This document shows, piece after piece, positions 1 to 9,122 of a DNA stretch of 64,000 nt (within the stretch, counting starts at the first letter, position 1; the number at the start of each line of letters is the position of its first letter). Position numbers and translations under genes: made by a program. The stretch lies in assembly GCA_965218425.1 (NCBI GenBank), contig OZ244621.1:3712001-3776000 (forward strand), read 5' to 3'. Below the pieces are notes generated by a model. That model was not told the origin of the DNA. It searched no databases and saw only the letters and a list, made by a program, of their open reading frames with translations. The DNA comes from an uncultured Candidatus Binatia bacterium (lineage in GTDB: Bacteria; Desulfobacterota; Binatia; UBA9968; CAXXLF01).

Positions 1-628
1 GGTCCTGGGCCCTGACGAAGACGAACGGGTTCGCTGCATCCACCATGGAGACCACAAGGGTACCAAGGGTAGGAAACTTGATCTCTTCCCTGACCTTACC
101 CGTGGGCAAGAGCTTTCCCGTCACCGAGCCGCCTGAATCGATGAAATCAAGAAGGATCTTGGAACCGGATCCCGGTACCCCGTCAATTTTGAAATCTCCT
201 TCACTCAGGAACTCTCCGTTGCGAACGGTAAATTCTGCCACGATCACCTTTTTTGTGTTGGTATTGTAGATGCGGACCTTAGTGATGGGCTCTTTGGGCT
301 TCACCAGACCGCGCATCAGCGCAAAGGGACCCACAGCGGCGGAGCTATTTCCGCAGTTGCCGGTGTAATCGATGACTGGTGTGGCAATTCCAACATAACC
401 GAAGGTATAATTGATATCCGTGTCAGGCATGGTAGGTGGGCCAATGTAGGCCACTTTGCTGGTGAGAGGGTCGGCACCGCCCAATCCGTCAATCTGACGG
501 ATGTCTGGGCTACCAAAGGCGGAGAGGACCACCTGGTCTCTCTGTTTTGGATCCTGAGGCAAGTCATCCTCCAGGAAGAAAACAGGTTTGCTGGTTCCGC
601 CCCGATACATGGAGCAGGGTAGTTTCAT
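1..628 (-). CDS. PrpF/3-methylitaconate isomerase (Mii)-family protein, truncated at window start
   Basis: Missing from the ORF track because it runs off the edge. Manual translation from ATG at 628 (RBS GAAGGAG): MKLPCSMYRGGTSKPVFFLEDDLP...FGSPDIRQIDGLGGADPLTSKVA...YTGNCGNSSAAVGPFA...IDGVPGSGS...TGKLLPTG...SMVDAANPFVFV. These are the PrpF motifs RGGTSK, QIDGxGG, NCGN and DAANP. Confidence 0.92.
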   Translation of the reverse strand, partial: MKLPCSMYRGGTSKPVFFLEDDLPQDPKQRDQVVLSAFGSPDIRQIDGLGGADPLTSKVAYIGPPTMPDTDINYTFGYVGIATPVIDYTGNCGNSSAAVGPFALMRGLVKPKEPITKVRIYNTNTKKVIVAEFTVRNGEFLSEGDFKIDGVPGSGSKILLDFIDSGGSVTGKLLPTGKVREEIKFPTLGTLVVSMVDAANPFVFVRAQD

Positions 629-674
629 GATGTCTCCTTCGAGACTAATTTTATATTCTTTTAGAGACTAGCTT

Positions 675-2960
675 TCATTTCCGTTGCTTAATGGCCCGGT
701 AAACCCTTTCGGGGGTCAGGGGAAGGTCGTGGATCCTGACACCCAGGGCTCTGGCCACCGCGTTGCCTATGGCTGCAGGTGTGGGAGCCAGGCCGGGCTC
801 ACCTAATCCCTTGGCCCCATAGGGGCCCTCCGGTTCTGCATGTTCCACGATAATGGGGATCATCTCCGGCAGGTCCAAAGACGTTACCAGGTGATAATCC
901 AAAAATGAGGAGTTGCGGGCTTTTCCACCATGGTCAACCATGAGCTCCTCATACAACGCGGATCCGATCCCCATGGCGAGACCTCCCTCGATCTGCGCCG
1001 CGCAGTTCAATGGATTGATGGCTTTGCCAACGTCGTGGGCAGCCGCCATGCGGAGAAGCCGTACTCTCCCTGTTTCCTCGTCAACGGCCACCTCGGCCGC
1101 TTGGGTGGCGTACATGTAGAAGGCCGAGGCGTGATCGCTGTGTCCTGTTTCAAGATCGAGATCTTTTCCTAACGTATAAGTGTAGGATCCTTCTCCCTTG
1201 ACCATACCATCGGTTCCCAGTTTTCGTCGGATCACGTCTCCCATGGGTAGACTCATACGAGGTTGGTCTTTGATGGATACATTGCCGTCGGAAAACACCA
1301 GATCCTTTTCCTGGGCCTCGAGCATTGGAGCGGCCATCTCTGCCAATTGCTCTCGCACATGAATCGCAGCCTGCTTTACTGCGTTACCCATATGGTAGGT
1401 GCTTCGACTGGAGGTGGTGGAGGCGTCGAAGGGAATCACATCCGTGTCGAGGGGCGCCATGCGGATTTTTTCCATGGGAACCTCCAGTTCCTCGGCCGCC
1501 ACCTGGGATAGAATAGTATTACATCCTTGACCGATCTCCACCGTCCCTGCCCGAATAGTGACCTCTCCCTTTCCGTTGATTAACACCGCAGCGGTGGATG
1601 TGCTTGGAGTACGTGTGGGCTTGGAAATACACGCGAGACCGAGGCCCACCTTGTTCGACCGCCGTTTGTCCCAGCCCACGGCGTCGGCTGCCTTGAGTAA
1701 AGTTTCTTTTAACCCTACACTGTGGAGGCGCTCTCCCCAATAGGATACATCGCCATCCACAAAGACGTTTCTCAAGCGAATCTCCATGGGATCCATTCCC
1801 AAACGCATGGCCAGTTCATCCATATGTTGCTCACAGGCCCATGCACCCTGGGGGATTCCATACCCCCTAAAGGCCCCCGCCACCGGTTTATTGGTGTAGA
1901 CTGCATAGCCGTCCACCCTTACGTTTGCTATGCGATAAGGACCGGGGGCAGGCAGGCTGCCCCGGATGCAGACCGTAGCGCTCTTTTCCCCGTAGGCCCC
2001 GGCTCCCCAGTAAATGGTCATCTGTCGAGCCACCAGTTGCCCGTTGTTCATAACTCCGCTTTTGATGTAAACAACGGCCTCGTGACGGGTGAGGGTTGAG
2101 ACGAAGGTTTCCTGACGGTCGAACTTCACCCTTACAGGCCTCCCGTTGGTATGGTAGGCCAGAGCAATGGCAACGGGCTCCACTTTGAGCCCACCTTTCG
2201 AGCCAAAACCACCTCCCTGGAGGGGATTGATCAGCCGAATCTTTTCTTTGGGTATCTCCAGGGCCTCTGTGAGTTCAGTCATCGCACGAAAGGGTGCATC
2301 GTTGGCCACCCAGACGGTGAGGTTGCCGGTGGTGGGATCCACCTGGGCATGGGCGGAATGGGGCTCCATGGCGGCGTGCTGAATCACCGGGACCGTGTAA
2401 CGTTCCTCTAGAACCAAGTCAGCGGCGCGGAACCCTTGTTCCACGTCACCGGTCCTGAGCTTGAAGTGCTCGCAGACGTTTGGGAGTGGGGCGCCCACCA
2501 CAAAGTCAGCCTTGCGGTAAGCGTCAAAGTCTTCATGGATGGCCACGGCATCGGCCTTACAGGCTTCCTCGGGCGAGAAATAGGCCGGGAGATCTTCATA
2601 GTCCACTTGAATTAGTCCCACGGCCTTCTGGGCTGTATCCTCATCCACGGCGGCCACCGCAGCAACCGGTTCCCCGACATGGCGGACTTTTCCTCGGGCC
2701 AAAAAGGGCTGGTCTTTGATGGATTCCCCGTGGGTCCATGGAAAGTCTTCCCCTGTGATGACCGTGACCACACCGGGTATCCGCCTGGCCTCGTGAGTAT
2801 CGATTCTCTTGATCTTGGCGTGGGGCCGCGGGCTGAAAACGACTTTGCCATGGAGCATGTTTGGCAGGACCAGATCATACCCGTACACTGCTCCGCCGGT
2901 CACTTTTTCCTCAACGTCAACGCGCCCCACGGGCTGACCCACGACACTGAGCTCGGACAT
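675..2960 (-). CDS. Xanthine dehydrogenase-family molybdopterin-binding (large) subunit
   Basis: KVTGGAVY, MEPH, GGGFGSK, AFRGYG, EIGQG, QIEGG, GAKGLGE and LPLTPERV motifs. The likely start is MSELSVVGQ at 2960. Confidence 0.95.
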   Translation of the reverse strand: MSELSVVGQPVGRVDVEEKVTGGAVYGYDLVLPNMLHGKVVFSPRPHAKIKRIDTHEARRIPGVVTVITGEDFPWTHGESIKDQPFLARGKVRHVGEPVAAVAAVDEDTAQKAVGLIQVDYEDLPAYFSPEEACKADAVAIHEDFDAYRKADFVVGAPLPNVCEHFKLRTGDVEQGFRAADLVLEERYTVPVIQHAAMEPHSAHAQVDPTTGNLTVWVANDAPFRAMTELTEALEIPKEKIRLINPLQGGGFGSKGGLKVEPVAIALAYHTNGRPVRVKFDRQETFVSTLTRHEAVVYIKSGVMNNGQLVARQMTIYWGAGAYGEKSATVCIRGSLPAPGPYRIANVRVDGYAVYTNKPVAGAFRGYGIPQGAWACEQHMDELAMRLGMDPMEIRLRNVFVDGDVSYWGERLHSVGLKETLLKAADAVGWDKRRSNKVGLGLACISKPTRTPSTSTAAVLINGKGEVTIRAGTVEIGQGCNTILSQVAAEELEVPMEKIRMAPLDTDVIPFDASTTSSRSTYHMGNAVKQAAIHVREQLAEMAAPMLEAQEKDLVFSDGNVSIKDQPRMSLPMGDVIRRKLGTDGMVKGEGSYTYTLGKDLDLETGHSDHASAFYMYATQAAEVAVDEETGRVRLLRMAAAHDVGKAINPLNCAAQIEGGLAMGIGSALYEELMVDHGGKARNSSFLDYHLVTSLDLPEMIPIIVEHAEPEGPYGAKGLGEPGLAPTPAAIGNAVARALGVRIHDLPLTPERVYRAIKQRK

Positions 2961-2961
2961 C

Positions 2962-3444
2962 CTATTCCTTTCCGCCTTCTCGAAGCTCCTTGGCGGCATC
3001 TTTGACTGCCAGGACAATTTTTGCGTAACCGGTGCAGCGGCAGAGGTTTCCCGACAGGGCAAACCGGATCTCTTCGTCGGTGGGATTCAAATTTTCGTCC
3101 AATAACGATTTCACCATCATCAACATGCCGGAAGTACAGTATCCGCATTGGACCCCGCCGTCTTGAATGAATGCCTTTTGAACTGGGTGAAGCTCGGAGC
3201 CTACCTTTAATCCTTCGACGGTTACCAGCTCGGCCCCGTCAATTTCTCCAGACAGCACTAGGCAAGAATTCACCGGCTTGCCGTTTAGCAAGACGGTACA
3301 GGCGCCGCAGTCGCCGGTACCGCAGCCCTCCTTGGTCCCCGTGAGGCCAATTTCATCACGCAGCAGATCCAACAGGAGCCTGTGGGACGGTGCCTCCAGG
3401 AAGGTTTTGTTACCGTTTAGTAGAAACGACAATTGTTTCTTCAT
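2962..3444 (-). CDS. CoxS/CutS-type 2x[2Fe-2S] small subunit
   Basis: GTKEGCGTGDCGACTV, QCGYCTSG and GNLCRCTGY. Confidence 0.96.
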   Translation of the reverse strand: MKKQLSFLLNGNKTFLEAPSHRLLLDLLRDEIGLTGTKEGCGTGDCGACTVLLNGKPVNSCLVLSGEIDGAELVTVEGLKVGSELHPVQKAFIQDGGVQCGYCTSGMLMMVKSLLDENLNPTDEEIRFALSGNLCRCTGYAKIVLAVKDAAKELREGGKE

Positions 3445-3450
3445 CTCGAT

Positions 3451-4368
3451 CTAGTATCTTCTATCCCTCCTCTGCGTCCAAGGGATGGAACCCTTTCGTC
3501 CGGCGGCTGCATTGAGCAGCGCCCGTTTGGTATTAACCCGTACCATCTCCCTCCGATAATCCGCTGAAGCGCGAACGTCGCTAATGGGCCTGCACTCCAT
3601 GGATGCCTCGTGGCCGGCCTGATTCGCCAGCTCCTCGGTCAAGACCTGCCCTGAAAGGGTGGACTCTGCTTTTCTTGCCCTCATGGGAGTGGGTGAGACG
3701 GCTCCAAGAGCGATGCGAACCTGTTCAACCCTTTTCTCTTTTTCACCGAGGATTAGGGTAACCGCGACCCCGATAGTCGCAAGGTCCATCATCTCTCTTG
3801 GTGAGAATTTGATGTATTCCCCCACCAGTCCTGACCCGACGGGAGGGATAAAGATTTCCACTAGGATTTCTCCTGGTTCCATTGCGGTTTCGCCCGGCCC
3901 GCGAAAGAAGTGCTCCAGATCTATTACCCGCTCCCCCGATTTTCCCGCCACTGTGGCCTTGGCCTCGAGGGCCAATAGGGCCGGGGCCACATCCGCCGAA
4001 GGAGTGGCGTTGGCCATGTTTCCACCAATGGTGGCCCGGTTTCTGATCTGGATAGACCCAACCTCTGCGGCACTTTGCGCCAAAAAGGGAAATCGTCTTC
4101 CAATGATGGGAGAGGTTTCCACCTGTCGCATGGTGGTCAAGGCGCCAATTGAGATACCTCCATGGGCTTGTTCTTGTATGTTTGCCAGAGAGGGAATTCT
4201 TTTTAGATCCACTATATACTTTGGGGCCAGCCCTTTTTCTTTGATGGCGATAATGAGGTCGGTCCCTCCGGCGAGGAAATGCCCTCCGGGGCCTCTGTCC
4301 CGAAGGATCTCACCGGCTTCTTTAACCGAGCTTGGTTGAAATATTTCCAGAGTTTCTGGTCGCCTCAT
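3451..4368 (-). CDS. CoxM/CutM-type FAD-binding medium subunit
   Basis: AGGTDL, IRNRATIGGN and ISDVRASADYR. No Cys-rich [4Fe-4S] insert. Start is ATG 4368 or TTG 4386. Confidence 0.94.
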   Translation of the reverse strand: MRRPETLEIFQPSSVKEAGEILRDRGPGGHFLAGGTDLIIAIKEKGLAPKYIVDLKRIPSLANIQEQAHGGISIGALTTMRQVETSPIIGRRFPFLAQSAAEVGSIQIRNRATIGGNMANATPSADVAPALLALEAKATVAGKSGERVIDLEHFFRGPGETAMEPGEILVEIFIPPVGSGLVGEYIKFSPREMMDLATIGVAVTLILGEKEKRVEQVRIALGAVSPTPMRARKAESTLSGQVLTEELANQAGHEASMECRPISDVRASADYRREMVRVNTKRALLNAAAGRKGSIPWTQRRDRRY

Positions 4369-4467
4369 AATCCGGTTGATAGTCAATCGTTAAAAGTTAC
4401 TGGTATATTAATTATACGTATTAAACCCCGTGCCTTTTTCCAATTGCCCATCGCGATTAACGATTAG

Positions 4468-5841
4468 CTATTCCGGCTTGGGTTTGACCATGCGCCCGAT
4501 GGGTTTCCCCACCACCTGACCGTCCCGCATTTGGACATGGCCGCGCACCACTGTGCACACGGGAATCCCCTTAACCTTCCAACCATGCCAGGGGGAGGGT
4601 TTGTTTTTGCTGTGGAGTCTGTTGACGTCGATGATGCTTTCCTTATCCATGTCGACGATGGTGATATCCCCATCCGAGCCTACCTTGATGGCGCCTTTTT
4701 GCGGGTAGATTTGCCAAACCTTCGCGGGGTTCTCCGATGTTAGTTTGACGTACTGGTTCAAGGTCATTCGCCCTTTGTTGACCTCGGTTAGGATCAGGCT
4801 GGGACCGGTTTCCACGCCACAAAACCCGGAGATGCATTCCCAGATGGTGGGCTTCAGCAACTTGCCGTTCAAGTCCGAGCCCTTTTCTTCCCATGTATGT
4901 GGGGAATGATCCGTTGCAATCATGTCCACGTAGCCGTTCAAAAGCCCATCCCACAAAACCTCTCCATGGTCTTTGTCCCGTACCGGCGGATTCATCTTTA
5001 ACAGGGAACCCACCTTTGCCATTTCCTTGGACTCTCTGAGAAGGTAGTGGGGACCCGTCTCGGCGGTTACCCTCAGCCCCCTTGCCTTGGCGTCGCGCAC
5101 GATCCATGCCGCCTGCTTGGAGCTCATATGGAGGACGTGCAGCTTGGTGCCGTAGGTTTCAGCGAAGAACAGGGCATGGGCAACGGACTCGGCTTCACAA
5201 ATGCTCGGTCGAGAGGACTCCCAGTAGATGGGGTCGTTTTTTCCCTCGGCCTTTAGTTTGTTCAAGTTGTAGTACATGATCTGTCGATTTTCCGCGTGAA
5301 TACTTAGGGGCAGCTTGGTTTGGGTGATTTTTTGGAAGACCTCGGTGCAAACACCATCATCAGGGAAGGGGAGATTGCCAATGGTCTCGCCGAAAAAGAT
5401 CTTGAATCCCAAAGCTCCGATCTTTGCCATGGGGAGTATCTGGTCCGCATTGGTCTGAACCACCACCCCTAATATGCTGAAATCCACCAGTGATTTTTCT
5501 TCAGCCAGTCGCTGCTTTTCCTCCACGTGTTCAGGGCCGGTGACGGGTGGATTGGTGTTGGGCATGTCCACCACCATGACCACTCCTCCGCACACCGCTG
5601 CTGTGGAACCAGTACCGAAGTCTTCTTTATAGGTAAGCCCCGGTTCCCTGAAGTGGACATGGGCGTCAATAATCCCCGGGAGGATATGATTTCCCTTGGC
5701 ATCGATCTCTTCCTCACCTTGGGGGAGGGTGTCGTCGGGGCCGATGGAGACGAATTTCTCGTCTTGAATCGCGACTCCGCCCTTGAAAGTATGCTCGGGA
5801 GTCACCACCCGGCCATTCTTAATTACCAAGTCTGCGCTCAT
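4468..5841 (-). CDS. Cyclic amidohydrolase (allantoinase/dihydroorotase/hydantoinase family)
   Basis: PGIIDAHVHFREPG, DMPNT, GFKIF (carboxylated Lys position), HAEN, KMNPP and IATDHSPH. Confidence 0.92.
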   Translation of the reverse strand: MSADLVIKNGRVVTPEHTFKGGVAIQDEKFVSIGPDDTLPQGEEEIDAKGNHILPGIIDAHVHFREPGLTYKEDFGTGSTAAVCGGVVMVVDMPNTNPPVTGPEHVEEKQRLAEEKSLVDFSILGVVVQTNADQILPMAKIGALGFKIFFGETIGNLPFPDDGVCTEVFQKITQTKLPLSIHAENRQIMYYNLNKLKAEGKNDPIYWESSRPSICEAESVAHALFFAETYGTKLHVLHMSSKQAAWIVRDAKARGLRVTAETGPHYLLRESKEMAKVGSLLKMNPPVRDKDHGEVLWDGLLNGYVDMIATDHSPHTWEEKGSDLNGKLLKPTIWECISGFCGVETGPSLILTEVNKGRMTLNQYVKLTSENPAKVWQIYPQKGAIKVGSDGDITIVDMDKESIIDVNRLHSKNKPSPWHGWKVKGIPVCTVVRGHVQMRDGQVVGKPIGRMVKPKPE

Positions 5842-6108
5842 TACCCCTCCTCAGAAGATTCGTGCAGGCAGGGATTCCGTTGCCAGATTCCTTGTTTTTG
5901 CCGTTTGAACGGGGTAAGTCATTTAGGGTATGCCAATGCCGAGAAAGCTCATGCAAGATCATTACTTAATCTATCCTATCCTTGTCAAATTTGAAACTAG
6001 GGCTTGAAATGTTAAAGGGTTCTGTGGAAAGATAATCCCCGCCCGGATCCGAGGTAGGGACTATCTCTATTGATTTGAGCGGTTATTTAGCTAAGCGGAG
6101 GAGAAACC

Positions 6109-7257
6109 ATGGCCGATGCAAGATGCATGGTTCGAATTGACGGACTGGAGAAGTTTTTTGGTGAAGACAGGGAGAGGGTTCATGTGCTGAAGGGTGTCTC
6201 TCTGGATATTCCAGAGGGATCGCTTTATACTCTGCTGGGACCCAGCGGTTGTGGTAAGACCACCACACTGAGGTGTGTGGCTGGGTTGGAGCGGCCGGAT
6301 ATGGGGAATATCAGCATCGATGAAAAAATGGTTTTTAATTCTGTGGATCGTACCTATGTTCCGCCTAATCATCGGCCCATCGGAATGGTTTTTCAATCCT
6401 ACGCCATTTGGCCCCACATGACGGTGTTTCAGAACGTGGCCTACCCATTGACCATTCAACATCGCCCTAAACCAGAAATTAAAAAGCGAGTGGAAGAGGT
6501 GCTGAAAGTCGTGGGGCTGCACGGATTGGAAGATCGACCTGCGCCAAAACTGTCCGGTGGACAGCAGCAGCGAGTGGCTTTTGCCCGGGCCCTAGTGAAC
6601 GAGCCCAAGGTCATGCTCCTGGACGAACCCTTGAGTAACCTGGATGCAAAGCTGAGAGAACAGATGCGTTACGAAATCAAGGATCTCCAACGAAGGGTTA
6701 ACATCACCACCATCTATGTGACCCACGATCAAGCCGAAGCACTCGCCATATCGGATCAAATCGCCGTAATGCACGGCGGAAAACTCATCGAGGTGGGAGC
6801 GCCACACCGCCTCTATTCGCGACCGGAGAGAAAATTCACTGCAACCTTCTTGGGCCTTACCAACCTAATTGGTGGTCGAGTGGTGGAGTTGGGTGGGGAT
6901 AGCAAGTTGGGACGGATGGAGACCAATAAGGGAATGATCTCATTTATTCCTTCCAGCCAACTGGAGAAGGGCCAGCCGGCCGTAATATCCATCCGCCCGG
7001 AGCACATCCAGGTCCATAAAGAAAAACCTCAGGGACTTGATAATATGGTGGAAGGGCTGGTTAAAGACTCGGTGTTCATGGGAGATGCCTATCATTGTCA
7101 GGTGGCGGTTCAGGACCAGTTGTTGCGGGTTCACACCCACCCCTTTCTCAGCATGTCTGCGGGCGAGAAAGTCTATCTCCAGCTGGATCCCCAGAGTTGC
7201 AACGGCTTGCCTGCCGAGGATACCGAAGGAATGGATGATTCGATGTTAGGAGCGTGA
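6109..7257 (+). CDS. ABC transporter ATP-binding protein (PotA/FbpC-like, C-terminal TOBE domain)
   Basis: GPSGCGKT, LSGGQQQRVA, LLDEPLSNLD and VTHDQ. Confidence 0.95.
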   Translation: MADARCMVRIDGLEKFFGEDRERVHVLKGVSLDIPEGSLYTLLGPSGCGKTTTLRCVAGLERPDMGNISIDEKMVFNSVDRTYVPPNHRPIGMVFQSYAIWPHMTVFQNVAYPLTIQHRPKPEIKKRVEEVLKVVGLHGLEDRPAPKLSGGQQQRVAFARALVNEPKVMLLDEPLSNLDAKLREQMRYEIKDLQRRVNITTIYVTHDQAEALAISDQIAVMHGGKLIEVGAPHRLYSRPERKFTATFLGLTNLIGGRVVELGGDSKLGRMETNKGMISFIPSSQLEKGQPAVISIRPEHIQVHKEKPQGLDNMVEGLVKDSVFMGDAYHCQVAVQDQLLRVHTHPFLSMSAGEKVYLQLDPQSCNGLPAEDTEGMDDSMLGA

Positions 7258-7364
7258 AATTCGTTATCCGTATAACGGTATATTCGATTGCCGGGGTATT
7301 CCTGATAAAATGATACGAATAACGAAAAACGACTAGACGAATAACGAATAATGGGAGATCAAAT

Positions 7365-8852
7365 ATGGCTGCATTAGAGGCGAGAAAAATTGCTGAAAAG
7401 GAGATCGAAGCAGGGAAAACTCCGACTTATAGCGATCTCCGGGATTGGCTCGACATCGTAGATAGCCTAGGTCAGCTCAAGACGATTGAAGGGGCTGACT
7501 GGAATCTCGAGATGGGAACCCTTGCGGAATTGATTGCCCGGGAGAGTCCGGGTGAGGTTCCTGCGGTCCTTTTTGACAAGATCAAAGACTACCCGGCGGG
7601 GTTCCGCGTCCTCTTTGCGCAAAACGCTTCCTTTAAAAGGATGGCTCTGAACCTTGGGTTGCCCCTCGATCTAACCGGGCTGGATTTGGTCCGGGCCTTC
7701 CGTCAAAAGCTTGCCGGCCATAAACCCATTGCGCATGAAGTGGTTACCAAGGGTCCCGTGTTGGAAAACGTCCTTTCGGGAAAGGATATTAACCTGCTCA
7801 AGTTCCCCGTTCCCTTCATGCACGAGCTGGACGGGGGACGTTACATGGGCACAGGATGTTTGGTCATTACAAAGGACCCTGAAGAGGGCTGGGTGAACTT
7901 CGGTACCTATCGAGGAATGGTCCAGGACGAGGGCCATATGAGTCTCTACATCTCTCCTGGCAAGCATGGGCGTATCCACAGGCAGAAATGGTTTGATGCC
8001 GGAAAGCCCTGCCCCGTGGCTGTCTCCGTAGGTCAGGATCCGGTTTTGTTCATGGTTTCCGGCAACGAAGTGGATTACGGCATTTCTGAGTACGACTATG
8101 CAGGCGGCCTGAAAGGGGGGCCTGTCCAGGTCATTCAAGCAAAGGCAACCGGGCTTCCCATACCTGCCGATGCCGAGATTGTCATTGAAGGGTTCATGCA
8201 TCCAGGGGATGTGAAAACCGAAGGCCCCTTTGGTGAATGGACGGGATACTACGCCAGTTCATCCCGGCCAGAGCCTGTGATCCGGGTTGAGAATATCTAT
8301 CATCGTAACAACCCCATACTTTGCTGTGCGCGACCGGGAAGACCCCCGTCCGATTATTCATTGGCAAAGTGTTTTGTCAAAGCCGCTCTTATCTGGGATC
8401 AGGTGGAGAGGGCAGGGGTGCCCGATGTCAAAGGGGTCTGGTGTCACGAGGCGGGCGGTGGAAGGCTGTTGAATATTATCTCGATTAAGCAGCGTTACCC
8501 GGGGCACGCTCGACAGGCGGCCTTAGTGGCTTCCCAGGTCCATGCCGGGGCTTATCTGGGGCGCTACGTGATCGTGGTGGATGACGACATAGACCCAACC
8601 AGTACCTTCGATGTCCTTTGGGCCCTTTCCACTCGATCGGATCCAGCGGAATCCATTGATATTATTAGACGGTGTTGGAGTGGTCCGCTGGACCCGCGTA
8701 TCCAACCGGGCAAAAAGGGGTTTAACTCCCGGGCCATCATCGATGCCTGCCGTCCCTTTGAGTGGATGAAAGACTTTCCACCGGTGGCGGAATCGACGCC
8801 GGAGCTTAGAAAGAAGATTTTCGATAAGTGGAAGACAGTTATCCAGGGGTAG
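7365..8852 (+). CDS. UbiD-family prFMN-dependent (de)carboxylase
   Basis: DGGRY, NFGTYR, EGPFGEWTGYY, VVDDDIDP and IIDACRP. Confidence 0.95.
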   Translation: MAALEARKIAEKEIEAGKTPTYSDLRDWLDIVDSLGQLKTIEGADWNLEMGTLAELIARESPGEVPAVLFDKIKDYPAGFRVLFAQNASFKRMALNLGLPLDLTGLDLVRAFRQKLAGHKPIAHEVVTKGPVLENVLSGKDINLLKFPVPFMHELDGGRYMGTGCLVITKDPEEGWVNFGTYRGMVQDEGHMSLYISPGKHGRIHRQKWFDAGKPCPVAVSVGQDPVLFMVSGNEVDYGISEYDYAGGLKGGPVQVIQAKATGLPIPADAEIVIEGFMHPGDVKTEGPFGEWTGYYASSSRPEPVIRVENIYHRNNPILCCARPGRPPSDYSLAKCFVKAALIWDQVERAGVPDVKGVWCHEAGGGRLLNIISIKQRYPGHARQAALVASQVHAGAYLGRYVIVVDDDIDPTSTFDVLWALSTRSDPAESIDIIRRCWSGPLDPRIQPGKKGFNSRAIIDACRPFEWMKDFPPVAESTPELRKKIFDKWKTVIQG

Positions 8853-8914
8853 CCCACTGGTCAAAGATAGCTGAGGTTCCCTTGAATTTGGGTTTAAGAA
8901 TCGGATAGAGGAAG

Positions 8915-9030
8915 ACTCGCGCAAAGCCGTCCTTCGGTTGACTCAGGATGGTGGGCGCAGTGAAACCGCAAGGAGCGCCAAGTTCGGAGCAATAGAAAGA
9001 ATTTATTCTTGGCGTCTTGGCGCGAAGATC
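8915..9030. repeat. REP-like intergenic element
   Basis: GCGCAAAG...CCTTCGGTTGACTCAGGATG...CGCAAGGAGCGCCAAG...CTTGGCGTCTTGGCGCG contains internal inverted repeats. Its core resembles the elements near 15350 and 39160. Confidence 0.5.
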
Positions 9031-9081
9031 TTTGTTCGAGTCGTTCTGCCGGACAATTCATCAGGAAGAATTTAGTCATAC

Positions 9082-9115
9082 GCGGGAAGGCTCGAAGCTT
9101 GCCCGCTGTTTTTTT
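9082..9115 (+). terminator. Probable intrinsic terminator between convergent ubiD and metF
   Basis: Imperfect stem-loop GCGGGAAGGCTCGAAGCTTGCCCGC followed by TGTTTTTTT. Confidence 0.55.
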
Positions 9116-9122
9116 AATTATT

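Noticed and set aside
675..4368. Aerobic CO dehydrogenase or 4-hydroxybenzoyl-CoA reductase
   Set aside because: No AYxCSFR or AYRGAGR loop in the large subunit and no [4Fe-4S] insert in the FAD subunit.
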